A stretch of DNA of 64,000 bases from Nemertoderma westbladi (Eukaryota > Animalia > Xenacoelomorpha), in NCBI GenBank assembly GCA_032718475.1, contig JAUCBJ010000785.1:1-64000 (forward strand), read 5' to 3'. Position numbers and translations under genes: made by a program. Below, one piece after another: positions 35,593 through 48,000 of the stretch; the first letter of the stretch is position 1, and every line of letters starts with the position of its first letter. The notes beneath the pieces were generated by a model. It was not told where the DNA came from and searched no databases. It worked only from the letters and a program-made list of their open reading frames with translations.

Positions 35593-37097
35593 GAATTTAA
35601 TCATTTTTTATTAAAATATTTCAGATTTAATTGCAATTATTATGTCGCCAAATTAAATTTATTTTTTCCCATATTGTAACAACCACTAACCAGTTCCTTC
35701 TACCATGATCTACTATCATACCTATTATATACCTATTGTAGTAGGTCATGCTTCTACTGTACCAAGTTACCTGTACCAGTAGCAATGTGAAGAACCAGCC
35801 TTTATGCTGTTATATTTACACACATACACACATGTGAAGATTAAATATAGTAAAAACCAAGGTTGCATAAGGGCAGAATCTAATCAAAACAATAAACAAA
35901 CTATAATCTATGCTTAATAAGGGCTACCGAAAAGTAAATTTATTTTTTTCTTCAGATGGGCGCATAGCTGTAATTTCAGTATTTGTGTACATTGGTGCCC
36001 TACGATGTTGAACGATAACCATTTCTACACAATAACGATAATTAATTTGCCAGCTATAAAAATGTTAATTTCATTTGTTACTAAATAGTTTATAGAACTT
36101 GGCCTGAATTTACTGCCAAGAAATATCAAACCGTAATCGATAAACCGTCGCTTAGCAATAAAGTATAATTAACAAATGAACCACAATAAATACATTATTC
36201 TTATTTTTTCACATTAACCTCTGATGTATAATAATGCAGTATTACATTATATTCAATCTCCTAGTTTAAGGGTTATTATAATTCTAAACAATTGATAAAT
36301 TTATTAGGAGCCTTTCATCGTTATATAAAATAAGCGTTGTTGAAATTCAGATTTAATATTTTTATTTGTAATTTTTTTAATATGGAATCCACAAAGGATT
36401 ATTCTGTTAATTGATACCATTACGGTATTTAATTGGGAGAAGCCCTCTATCATATAAATGGAACTCTGGCTCACTGCGCTACGTAACACAGCCAGTATAA
36501 TATGCACGACCATAAAACGAGACATTCAATAGAAGAAACCTAATCTGATGTCTTATTTATTGGTGTCTTAGGTCCCCTATCGTTTCTGTAACATTGTCGT
36601 CATAATCATTATTATGTTGTCATAAATATTATAATTTTAAATATGTTCAGATAATCATAGTAACAAAGATGGTGCCCAGTTACTTGTATTCACGCTCTTA
36701 GGGAAACACTCCAATCGAATCAGCTGTTAATCAGCTGTTAATTCGAAGTGTTGTCTCCTCTCGGTAAAGTTGTATGTAGTGAAATTGCTTTGTATATCAG
36801 TTTAGTGATTTTTGTGTAATAGTGTATTTGTCCAAAGTAACGTAAAGGACCCTATTGTATGGAATTAAGCTGCATAGCTTTAGGGTTATCCTATATGTTA
36901 TGTTAGACAATACCTTTATACCGGTACATTGTTTGGTGTATTTGTTATTGTTTTTACATAATGTATAAATATATCAATTAATATCACTCTAAGTACAGTA
37001 AAGATCTAATTTATCTTTCATCACGGTAATTTAGATTTTAGGAACTGATATTGGACTAATATTAAATTTGCTTTCTTTTTACAACTTTGAGTAAAAT

Positions 37098-39554
37098 ATG
37101 GAAGATACAAATATTAAACAGCCGGACGAAACGGAAGAAATAAAGAAAGTGCGATTTACTGATGCTGTAGTGAGCCAAGAAGATGAAGATGAAGATCAGA
37201 AAGAATATGAGAAAATGATGGAAGAAATGAGAGAACAGGATCAAGAAACATATAACAGGTTTAAAATATTGTCTGACGGAGTTACAAATGCAACTTCGTT
37301 AGTTCAAACCACACTTGAAGAATTTTTAGCTGTTAAGGATGAACTACTTTACCATGAACTTCCTCCAAGTCTTCTAGTCAGGTTAACATTAACGTCTGGG
37401 AAACTGTATCGTGCTGCTAGTGATATGCAAACACCTCTTATGGAGATGATCAGATTGGTTAATGTGTTTGCTGAACCTTGGGAGAATAAAGCGGAGCAAT
37501 TGAGGAAGTTGCATATACATTATGATCGTAAGAAAAGCCAATTAGACGTTGCCTTGAGAAAACTTGCTGTGATAGACCAAGTTGGAGTTCGTTATGAAAA
37601 GCAGAAATGTCTTGGAAACTGGGAAAAACTTTATAGTCGTGTGACAGCATACAGAGGGCACGGTAGAAGGTGGAAGTTTCTTATTAAAGGGTTTAGCAAA
37701 GCTGCAGCAAAGGGTATGGATCATCTTAATGCATATATTGATTCTATTGAAGAAGTAAAAGTAGAAGAAGAAGAAGAGGAAGAGGATGTTAAACAAGTTG
37801 ATGTTAAGGAAGAAATTGATTTGGAAGAAGAGGATAAAATGTCTAGTGTGATCAGCAGTGATACGGAAAGTGATGAAGAGCAAATACAGGATGTGAATAA
37901 AAGTGTAGGTGACTTGGCTGACCAACGTGTTGATCAATTAGTTGAAGCTCCAAAACAGATTATTGTTGATACTGAAGAGGCAGAAACTTGGACAGGAGAT
38001 GAAATTATTGACCGATATCTCTGCCTGGAATTAGTAGATATTGAAGAACTCCCTCAAAGAAAAGAAAAAAATTTGATTATTAAAGCGAAACTGGATGAAA
38101 ATTATGGAATATTCGAAGAAGATGTTTGTGCGACTATCTTTGAAATGGGAAAACAAAAGTCTCATCACAGTGAAAAATTGCCTCAATTAAAAAAGAAGCC
38201 CATTAGGTTTTTAATGCCAAATATTTATGCGATATATGACCAGGATAATTTTAACAATTCCACAATAACTATAACGGCCATTGGAGGTGATAGTTCAACA
38301 GAGTTTGCCTCGGGTTTGCTGAAGGTTCAGGATGTATTGGATTCTCTTCCAACAATAATAAGAATGTCTGAGGCTGGAGCAGAGGGGATTGCGGAAGAAG
38401 AAGAATTCACTATCAGTTCTGATGTACTTCCAGTTCAGTTACATAGTCCAGTAGGTTCTCCGATTGGCAAGGTACTATTCAGTTTCTATCTTGGCGACCG
38501 CTACTTAAAACCAACTTCAGAGATCGCTTCACAAACCTCTGACCTGGCCAAAGTAATGCAAGAAGTGACTGGAATAAACCTTGGTATGTATACTAAAGAG
38601 GAACTTCAGGAAAAGTTCGCCGATATCGAGCAAACAGATGCGTGCTTGTCTCCAATTATGGTCGAAATCGATGCCGATGATGAGGCTTCAGAGCAGGAAA
38701 TGGTTACCATGACTTCCCATAAATATATGGAGGATGAATATGAGCATCAAATTGCTGATTTAAAGGATAATATTCAGGGTTTAAAAACCGAACATATTGT
38801 AGAAGTAAATGAGTTAAATGAAACTATAAGACAGTTGTCGATTCTAGTTGAGAACACAAAGGATGTGAGGGAAAGTAATACAAGAACTCAAAAAGGAAAT
38901 TCCGTAGTTGAAGAATTTGTAAGTGAAAAGCATGAGACAAAAAAACGTCCTAATCGTAAAAAAGCAAACAAGGAGGTGGTAAAAACAAAAAGCGTTGCAG
39001 AAAGAATAGGCACTGAATCAAAGACAGCCACATCGAAACAGCACCATGATCAGGTTAAACAGAGCATTACTGAAGCCGAGATTCAAACAGCAAAGGATGG
39101 AGGTTTAGAGTTGCCAGAAGATTACATGGATAGATTGGAATTCTATGCGATGGAGTCCAAGTTACACGCCGATGCTGTGTATAACACCGTGTGGGGTGAG
39201 CGTGCACGTTCTATTGAGGCCAACCTCGCTGCCCACAGACGACTCACCACCGAGAGCCGGGATGAGTTTGATCCAGACATCGATGAGGTCTGTCTACCAG
39301 CTGTGTTTATGCCAACTTGTACTGGCGTTGTCTACAACCCTCGGGCCCGCAGCGCATTCCATTCTGGAAAAGGTTCTAGACTAACTCAACCTCCATCTAT
39401 TGTTGCGCTTCCTGTATTGCCTGGCAACCAGTCAAGTAGTCATTCGCTCATTGATATATTGAGCAATGTCCCCTACTACTACAGTCGTACAGCACCATTT
39501 GTTGAGCCTCCACCACCATATACTTACCACTTCGATTCCAAAAACAACAAATAA
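37098..39554 (+). CDS. Uncharacterised acidic coiled-coil protein (818 aa, coding region intronless)
   Basis: Long intact ORF with coding-like composition, Glu-rich tracts and heptad regions; family not recognised. Confidence 0.8.
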   Translation: MEDTNIKQPDETEEIKKVRFTDAVVSQEDEDEDQKEYEKMMEEMREQDQETYNRFKILSDGVTNATSLVQTTLEEFLAVKDELLYHELPPSLLVRLTLTSGKLYRAASDMQTPLMEMIRLVNVFAEPWENKAEQLRKLHIHYDRKKSQLDVALRKLAVIDQVGVRYEKQKCLGNWEKLYSRVTAYRGHGRRWKFLIKGFSKAAAKGMDHLNAYIDSIEEVKVEEEEEEEDVKQVDVKEEIDLEEEDKMSSVISSDTESDEEQIQDVNKSVGDLADQRVDQLVEAPKQIIVDTEEAETWTGDEIIDRYLCLELVDIEELPQRKEKNLIIKAKLDENYGIFEEDVCATIFEMGKQKSHHSEKLPQLKKKPIRFLMPNIYAIYDQDNFNNSTITITAIGGDSSTEFASGLLKVQDVLDSLPTIIRMSEAGAEGIAEEEEFTISSDVLPVQLHSPVGSPIGKVLFSFYLGDRYLKPTSEIASQTSDLAKVMQEVTGINLGMYTKEELQEKFADIEQTDACLSPIMVEIDADDEASEQEMVTMTSHKYMEDEYEHQIADLKDNIQGLKTEHIVEVNELNETIRQLSILVENTKDVRESNTRTQKGNSVVEEFVSEKHETKKRPNRKKANKEVVKTKSVAERIGTESKTATSKQHHDQVKQSITEAEIQTAKDGGLELPEDYMDRLEFYAMESKLHADAVYNTVWGERARSIEANLAAHRRLTTESRDEFDPDIDEVCLPAVFMPTCTGVVYNPRARSAFHSGKGSRLTQPPSIVALPVLPGNQSSSHSLIDILSNVPYYYSRTAPFVEPPPPYTYHFDSKNNK

Positions 39555-40151
39555 ACTACATAAAATCAGTTAATTTCCAAACATATAAAAAGATTGTAGA
39601 ATATGATGATTAATAATTATGTACAAATTGTGCTTTTTATTGATGAGAGATATCACACATTCATACAATAATTTTTCAATAATCTAATCTATTAAATTAT
39701 CCGCCATTTAACTTTTGGTTAATGATAAATATTCTCCTGGTGATGGCTGGTGGGTGCCAGTTTATGGATGTTTTAAGTATTTATATTTTTATTGTTTAAT
39801 AAAAAAAGTTGAGAAATCTTTGACTTAATCATTTATTATTACCAATGTAAACAAAGTTTAAAAAAAAGTTTGAAAAAAATCAACTCCAAAAAGATCAAAC
39901 ATCTTCAATTCCAAAAATATGTACCTCTTTTTTTAAATATGAAATGTTTGATTCTCTATGTTTGTGTTTTTCTCCTAGGAAAATAATTCCAATAATCCGA
40001 AAACCGGACCAGCCTAAATTAAACCGATCTGAAACGGAACTGGAACTGAATAAAGAGGAGAAAATTTGTTTTATTGTTGTGCAATTCAGAATCAGATGGT
40101 ATCCAGTTCAGTTCAGATACGCATTACTTCAATAATATTCCAAAATATTTG

Positions 40152-40412
40152 TAATATATAATATATAATATTGGTTATTTATATAGCGCTTTTCTACGCT
40201 CAGCATACTCAAAGCGCTTTTATTATCATTACCCTAGCAAAGCCAGGTTCCCATTATACCGCTGGGTTGACGTAGGCACTAATGTCTAAAGTGTCTTGCC
40301 TAGGGACACAACAGTGCGAAATTTCTACAGCCTTTAGTCGGATTCGAACCTGCGCCACCAAACACTATTGTGTAAGCAGTTCAGGCGCCGTATCCACTCG
40401 GACACTGCGACA
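40152..40412 (-). mobile_element. tRNA-derived SINE with L2-type 3' tail, present only in duplication copy 1
   Basis: Absent at the equivalent site ~44271; short TSD ATTTG; A box GTGTCCGAGTGG, B box GGTTCGAATCC, core TGTGTCCCTAGGCAAGACAC, tail AAAGCGCTTTGAG...AAAGCGCTATATAAAT. Confidence 0.85.
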
Positions 40413-41213
40413 ATTTGGAGACCTATGCAACAAATTTCAATAACAATTTATAGCGATTTTATCATTTGTTTCATCAGGAATGCAGTTCATAAGATTATAG
40501 GGTTGTAATAAGCATATGGTCATCAATCCCTGGGTACTAGGTCTCTTATCTCGAGAGCTGAATTAATTCCTTACGTACTATCCTGGTCTCTATGGACGTA
40601 TACGGCCTCAATGTTATGGTGAATTTTAATTTAAGCTATTTTGATAACATAATTCTGTATAATTACAATAAATTACACCAATATATGATAATATATATAT
40701 ATATATACATATGAATAGAGACTAGTGTCGTATATTTAATTATGTGCACCATATGTAACTAAGAAATAATGTTAAATATTAAGGGAAATATTAAGAATAA
40801 ATAATTTATAAATAATTGTTACAACTCATTCTGCGCTCTGTTTGACACACCACTTTACAGAAATAAGTCCCAGAAGTTACTTTACGAAAGTGGCACAAAT
40901 AATAATTTATTGTATTTATAAGTTAAATAGCACAAAAAATTATATTGTATTACATTTAATAATGGTATAATAATGATTCGAAAGCTTTTCCCAAGGTTTA
41001 CAAAAAATAATTGTCGAAGTTTTAAACGACGACTACAAGGAAACAATCAAAAGTTTTTGTTGTTTACTTTTAGATTACATTAATAAGCCAATAGGATGTA
41101 GTTGCAATTAGACCACCAACCACTCATTTCAATTTAGTCAACCGCCAATCACTAAAAATATGTTAGTTAATAGTATAATTTCTGTCTGCAAAGGAATTTC
41201 CTTACACAATATT

Positions 41214-41533
41214 CTAGAACGGGCAGACAGGGGGTCTAACATATCCAAAGACATTCATTTCTACTAGACTGGCTAATAGCACAAATATTACATAGAACAC
41301 TAAAAGTATGATTCCTAAACGCACATCTAGTCTCCATTTATTGGAACAGACAGAGACTATTAGTATAGCAACTGTAGACAGAACCATAATAGAGTCGTAA
41401 GTTAGTCCATGTGAAGCAATGGATATAGAGTTACCGGTAGAGAGTGTCTGAATAAACCAAGGTAGACCCAAACAGATGAGGATGTCGAATATATTGGAAC
41501 CAACAGCATTGGAAACAGCCATATCGCCATAAC
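41214..41533 (-). CDS. Duplicated terminal exon of the SLC24/NCKX gene (possible alternative last exon)
   Basis: Same peptide as 45083-45402 ([19 protein letters not shown]...RPPVCPF*); intact AG acceptor. Confidence 0.75.
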
Positions 41534-42129
41534 CTGGAATATTATTTACATAAATATTAAATCTACGTCATATAACAAAAATACATAAATAACTGAATAT
41601 TAAATTATTGTTTATTATTATTAAACAACTACCACATATTATACAAAAATGTTGCAGCACCCTCCAACCAGTTCTGGGGTATCACCCCACTTCATTAATA
41701 GCTAGAAATAGTTGAAGTCCCAGCGGGGTATCTCAGTCTAATGAGGAATAGTATAATAATAGTCTACAGCCACAACTCCCAGCTAGCTCCACACCAGCAG
41801 AGACTTGACCAATAATCATTCCCAGCAACTAGCTGCTTTACACACACATCCTTCCATCGTACCAGCATGTTGGCCAATAAATGAGCAGTATTTAATGAGA
41901 ATCAATTTTTTTTGCCGTTTTAATTACTTTAGATCAATTAAAGACACAATTATTAAAGCAAATCACTTGAACTAATTAAAAACTATAATAGAATGGGGTA
42001 TGTGGATTACATCTGTATAATTTTTAATTATAATTATTTAAATCTTATACTGTAAAACAATTAATTTCCTTTAAAAGGCAGGTTGAAAATGGTGTTTTTA
42101 CCGTAATAACTTAATTAACTAATTAACTG

Positions 42130-42322
42130 CTATTATCTTAGCTTCTCGAAGGCCACACGGAAATTCTACTTGGAAAATTTCTAAACTTTTGCCAAACAAC
42201 ATGTGTACCAAGTTTGGATAGATTTCATCAAAGATTGGCCGAGTTATTAACGTTTAAAATTGAACGCGACAGAACGACAGAACGACACGCTCGTGGGGCC
42301 TTCGCGCAGCACGAGGCCCAGT
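42130..42322 (-). mobile_element. Helentron/DINE-like repeat fragments at the duplication junction
   Basis: ACCAAGTTTGG..CGAGTTATTA..(GACAGAAC)n and TCGTGGGGCCTTCGCGCAGCACG match the elements at 50580 and 53040-53390. Confidence 0.55.
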
Positions 42323-42323
42323 T

Positions 42324-43679
42324 ATGAGATACAAATTAATGCCAAATATTTATGCGATATATGACCAGGATGATTTTAACAATTCCACAATAACTATAAC
42401 GGCCATTGGAGGTGATAGTTCAACAGAGTTTGCCTCGGGTTTGCTGAAGGTTCAGGATGTACTGGATTCTCTTCCAACAATAATAAGAATGTCTGAGGCT
42501 GGAGCAGAGGGGATTGCGGAAGAAGAAGAATTCACTATCAGTTCTGATGTACTTCCAGTTCAGTTACATAGTCCAGTAGGTTCTCCGGTTGGCAAGGTAC
42601 TATTCAGTTTCTATCTTGGCGACCGCTACTTAAAACCAACTTCAGAGATCGCTTCACAAACCTCTGACCTGGCCAAAGTAATGCAAGAAGTGACTGGAAT
42701 AAACCTTGGTATGTATACTAAAGAGGAACTTCAGGAAAAGTTCGCCGATATCGAGCAAACAGATGCGTGCTTGTCTCCCATTATGGTCGAAATCGATGCC
42801 GATGATGAGGCTTCAGAGCAGGAAATGGTTACCATGACTTCCCATAAATATATGGAGGATGAATATGAGCATCAAATTGCTGATTTAAAGGAGAATATTC
42901 AGGGTTTAAAAACCGAACATATTGTAGAAGTAAATGAGTTAAATGAAACTATAAGACAGTTGTCGATTTTAGTTGAGAACACAAAGGATGTGAGGGAAAG
43001 TAATACAAGAACTCAAAAAGGAAATTTCGTAGTTGAAGAATTTGTAAGTGAAAAGCATGAGACAAAAAAACGTCCTAATCGTAAAAAAGCAATCAAGGAG
43101 GTGGTAAAAACAAAAAGCGTTGCAGAAAGAAAAGACACTGAATCAAAGACAGCCACATCGAAACAGCAGCATGATCAGGTTAAACAGAGCATTACTGAAG
43201 CCGAGATTCAAACAGCAAAGGATGGAGGTTTAGAGTTGCCAGAAAATTACATGGATAGGTTGGAATTCTATGCGATGGAGTCTAAGTTACACGCCGATGC
43301 TGTGTATAACACCGTGTGGGGTGAGCGGGCACGTTCTATTGAGGCTAACCTCGCTGCCCACAGACGACTCACCACCGAGAGCCGGGATGAGTTTGATCCA
43401 GACATCGATGAGGTCTGTCTACCAGCTGTGTTTATGCCAACTCGTACTGGCGTTATCTACAACCCTCGGGCCCGCAGTGCATTCCATTCTGGAAAAGGTT
43501 CTAGACTAACTCAACCTCCATCTATTGTTGCGCTTCCTGTATTGCCTGGCAACCAGTCAAGTAGTCATTCGCTCATTGATATATTGAGCAATGTCCCCTA
43601 CTACTACAGTCGTACAGCACCATTTGTTGAGCCTCCACCACCATATACTTACCACTTCGATTCCAAAAACAACAAATAA
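42324..43679 (+). CDS. N-terminally truncated duplicate (451 aa) of the 818-aa gene with a junction-derived ATG; may be a pseudogene
   Basis: Matches the C-terminal ~447 aa of 37098-39554 with ~11 substitutions; the first 4 codons (MRYK) come from the spacer. Confidence 0.6.
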   Translation: MRYKLMPNIYAIYDQDDFNNSTITITAIGGDSSTEFASGLLKVQDVLDSLPTIIRMSEAGAEGIAEEEEFTISSDVLPVQLHSPVGSPVGKVLFSFYLGDRYLKPTSEIASQTSDLAKVMQEVTGINLGMYTKEELQEKFADIEQTDACLSPIMVEIDADDEASEQEMVTMTSHKYMEDEYEHQIADLKENIQGLKTEHIVEVNELNETIRQLSILVENTKDVRESNTRTQKGNFVVEEFVSEKHETKKRPNRKKAIKEVVKTKSVAERKDTESKTATSKQQHDQVKQSITEAEIQTAKDGGLELPENYMDRLEFYAMESKLHADAVYNTVWGERARSIEANLAAHRRLTTESRDEFDPDIDEVCLPAVFMPTRTGVIYNPRARSAFHSGKGSRLTQPPSIVALPVLPGNQSSSHSLIDILSNVPYYYSRTAPFVEPPPPYTYHFDSKNNK

Positions 43680-45082
43680 ACTACATAAAATCAGTTAATT
43701 TCCAAACATATAAAAAGATTGTAGAATATGATGATTAATAATTATGTAAAAATTGTGCTTTTTATTGATGAGAGATATCACACATTCATACAATAATTTT
43801 TCAATAATCTAATCTATTAAATTATCCGCCATTTAACTTTTGGTTAATGATAAATATTCTGCTGGTGATGGCTGGTGGGTGCCAGTTTATGGATGTTTTA
43901 AGTATTTATATTTTTATTGTTTAATAAAAAAAAGTTGAGAAATCTTTGACTTAATCATTTATTATTACCAATGTAAACAAAGTTTAAAAAAAAGTTTGAA
44001 AAATCAACTCCAAAAAGATCAAACATCTTCAATTCCAAAAAAATGTACCTATTTTTTTAAATATGAAATGTTTGATTCTCTATGTTCGTGTTTTTCTCAT
44101 AGGAAAATAATTCCTATAATCCGAGAACTGGACCAGCCTAAATTAAACCGATCTGAAACGGAACTGGAACTGAATAAAGAGGAGAAAATTTGTTTTATTG
44201 TTGTGCAATTCAGAATCAGATGGTATCCAGTTCAGTTCAGATACGCATTAATTCAATAATATTCCAAAATATTTGGAGACCTATGCAACAAATTTCAATA
44301 ACAATTTATAGCGATTTTATCATTTGTTTCATCAGGAATGCAGTTCATAAGATTATAGGGTTGTAATAAGCATATGGTCATCAATGCCTGGGTACTAGGT
44401 CTCTTATCTCGAGAGCTGAATTAATTCCTTGCGTACTAACCTGGTCTCTATATGGACGTATAAGGCCTCAATGTTGTGGTGAATTTTAATTTAAGCTATT
44501 TTGATAACATAATTCTGTATAATTACAATAAATTACACCAATATATGATATATATATATATACATATGAATAGAGCCGAGTGTCGTATATTTAATTATGT
44601 GCACCCTAAGTAACTAAGAAATAATGTTAAATACTAAGGGAAATATTACGAATAAATAATTTATAAATAATTGTTACAACTCATTCTGCACTCTGTTTTA
44701 ACACACCACTTCACAGAAATAAGTCCCAGAAGTTACTTTACGAAAGTGGCACAAATAATAATTTATTGTATTTATAAGTTAAATAGCACAAAAAATTATA
44801 TTGTATTACATTTAATAATGACGAGATATGATAAATTTTATTGATTCGAAAGCTTTTCCCAAGGCAACGACAAAAAATAATTGTCGAAGTTTTTAAACGA
44901 CGACTACAAGGAAACAATCAAACGTTTGTGTTGTTTACTTTTAGATTACATTAATAAGCCAATAGGATGTAGTTGCAATTAGACCACCAACCACTCATTT
45001 CAATTTAGTCAACCGCCATTCATTCAAAATATGTTAGTTAATAGTATAACTTCTGTCTGCAATGGAATTTCCTTACAATATT

Positions 45083-48000
45083 CTAGAACGGGCAGACAGG
45101 GGGTCTAACATATCCAAAGACATTCATTTCTACTAGACTGGCTAATAGCACAAATATTACATAGAACACTAAAAGTATGATTCCTAAACGCACATCTAGT
45201 CTCCATTTATTGGAACAGACAGAGACTATTAGTATAGCAACTGTAGACAGAACCATAATAGAGTCGTAAGTTAGTCCGTGTGAAGCAATGGATATAGAGT
45301 TACCGGTAGAGAGTGTCTGAATAAACCAAGGTAGACCCAAACAGATGAGGATGTCGAATATATTGGAACCAACAGCATTGGAGACAGCCATATCGCCATA
45401 ACCTGGAATATTATTTACATAAATATTAAATCTACGTCATATAACAAAAATACATAAATAACTGAATATTAAATTATTATTTATTATTATTAAACAACTA
45501 CCACATATTATACAAAAATGTTGCAGCACCCTCCAACCAGTTCTGGGGTATCACCCCACTTCATTAATAGCTGGTGCATCAATTTGTTCTATGGAAGCCG
45601 ATTGGAGCTGGACAGAGTAAAAATACTAGTGGTGGTCACACCAATATCATTACTAAATAGTCGCGACAGGAGAAGTCTTGATGTCTTGATGTTACACAGC
45701 TTTGAACACGATTCTGTTCTTTTTGTTTTAAAAACAAGATTTCCGAATTCTTGACGGTTATTCTCTCAAGCAGTTTGTTATACTTTATATATGTTTGTTT
45801 GTATGTATATATGTATATGTTTGTTATATATTACTTATTCTCTTGATGGATCTGCATGTCATGGTTATGATTTCACAATAACATAATAATTCTGGTCATC
45901 TCCACATTGCCAAAACCCAGATATACATGCATCTTTAATCTACTGGACATTGATGTTGTGTCTGGAGTTATGTTCTATGATAGAGACCTGGTTTAAAGAG
46001 AGGTAATGGTCAGTCAATAAGTTTATATCACGTGAATATGCAAGGCGAATACAACAAGACACAGAAATTAAAAACATTGAAACTTTGGGGCAGCTTTGAT
46101 TTTTAACTCTGCTGGGCTGCATTGGAACCACTAAATCAGGACAGTCATGAGTATATATTTATGCATTGCAGCTGCATTATATATTTCGTGAGTCTCCCTG
46201 GAGGTAATTGTAATATTGGTAAATTATTCTGTATATAATTATTATATTAATATCTTGAATGTACGAGATTATTTATAATACCAATAATTTTTACATAATT
46301 ATTCATCTCAGACCATTTTGAAAGAATCAACCAATGTCTTTGTTAATAATATATTTCTCTAAATCCGAAGCGCATTAAATAATGTGACATTTTAAATAGA
46401 TAACTAAAGTTTTATTTGTGCCTCAGCTAGTTTCCACTCTTTCGATAAATCCAATTAATATTGAAATAACCCATCCATCCCACCATGATTCGCATCCATT
46501 AGCAGGAAAGCTAACAGTTGGAGGTCCTGGTAATAAAGAATGGGGAAGGATTCTCGGGTTATGAGATCCCTACTGCCTTTATGGTAGAAGCTATTACAAA
46601 GCACGAACTAGCTTACCAAAGTCAGTTAGTAACTCACCCGTATAGAGTAACGCCGTTATTGGGCATAATATTTTAATAAAAATATTAATCACCCCAATAA
46701 ATCAATCCGGATCCTATTTCCAGATTCCATAGTCATAAACAATTCTATCTTAGGATAGACGGTTGTGTAATACTACTAAACAATACTACTTATATTATAG
46801 GGAGTAATCAGCTGTGAATAATAATGCAAAAGGTTTGGTATGCAAATATTAATTGTTGGGCTAGAAACATTTGAATATGATGCCCTGAATCGAGTGACGG
46901 AGAATGTTCGTTGTAAAATCACAAGGAAAAATGCTCGAATGGCGGGTTTAAGTAAGCGCGGGAATCCAATTTTGAAAATCGCGTGGCTGTGATTGGCTGC
47001 TACAGATTTGACGTCATTACAAAGTGATCAGATTTCTCGTGTTTTTACAAAAAATGCACCCCGCAAATCGATTCAAGACATCTTGTTACCCCTAATTCTA
47101 TTGTTTCTAGCTCAACAATTATTTCGCGCACCAACCCTAAATACAATCAAAATACTAGGACCTACTGAGGCAGGGCCCACCGAGCAATAAAATAATAATA
47201 TGACCAGCAACCCACACTGCCTGAAGAATGAAGACACGTAATATAGAAACGTTGGAGTGGATGCTAAGATTTCGACTCACCATCTCGAGATACAAGTATT
47301 GAACTGATGGCGTCTGGTACACTGGTTCCGGCTGCTAATAATGTCAACCCCATAACCACTTCTGGTAAACCTGCAGTGAATCCTGTAATAATAAATAAAT
47401 TCCGCATAATATTGTTATATTAATTAAAAAATACAGTATAAAAATACTTGGATATACTTTCTATGATTAACAAGTTCAACATTAATGTTTAGATGGGTTG
47501 GATGGAGTTAGGAGAATTCCAACCCAGACTATTCCAACCAGTACAATTCCGACCCTAACATGAATCTAACTTGAAACTTTTGAAATAGGTCGGAATTCCC
47601 TATCACCCATGACATTTGCAAGATCATCCGCATCTTCAAGGCCAGTGTCCTTTAAGATGCGTCTCAAGAAAGTCATTGGTTGTCCACCATGCTAATTCAC
47701 TCCATGAGGCTGCTAAACTACAAGATTATGCACTGGCTGGTCCTCACGGCGAAAGCAATGTCCTGCAAAGTGGAGGCGGCTTTGTTCTAGTGTCAAGCTT
47801 GTGGGAACCAATGAGACACCTCCAATGTTATATAGTGTCTGGTTGGAGATGTGTGCATTGTACTTAACACAATCCGGCGTAGCATTCTTGTGAATGTGCC
47901 ATCCAGAGATTTGGTGTCATCAGCAGTTAGAGCCCAGCATGGACTCCCGTAGAGGAGTACTGGAACTACTGCTGCTCTAAATGATCGGACCTTGATTTCC

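Larger units (their letters stand above)
38211..45572. repeat. Tandem segmental duplication: copy 1 38211-41703, copy 2 42336-45572, 632-bp spacer
   Basis: Both copies start TTAATGCCAAATATTT and end ..CTTCATTAATAGCT; highly similar throughout. Confidence 0.95.
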
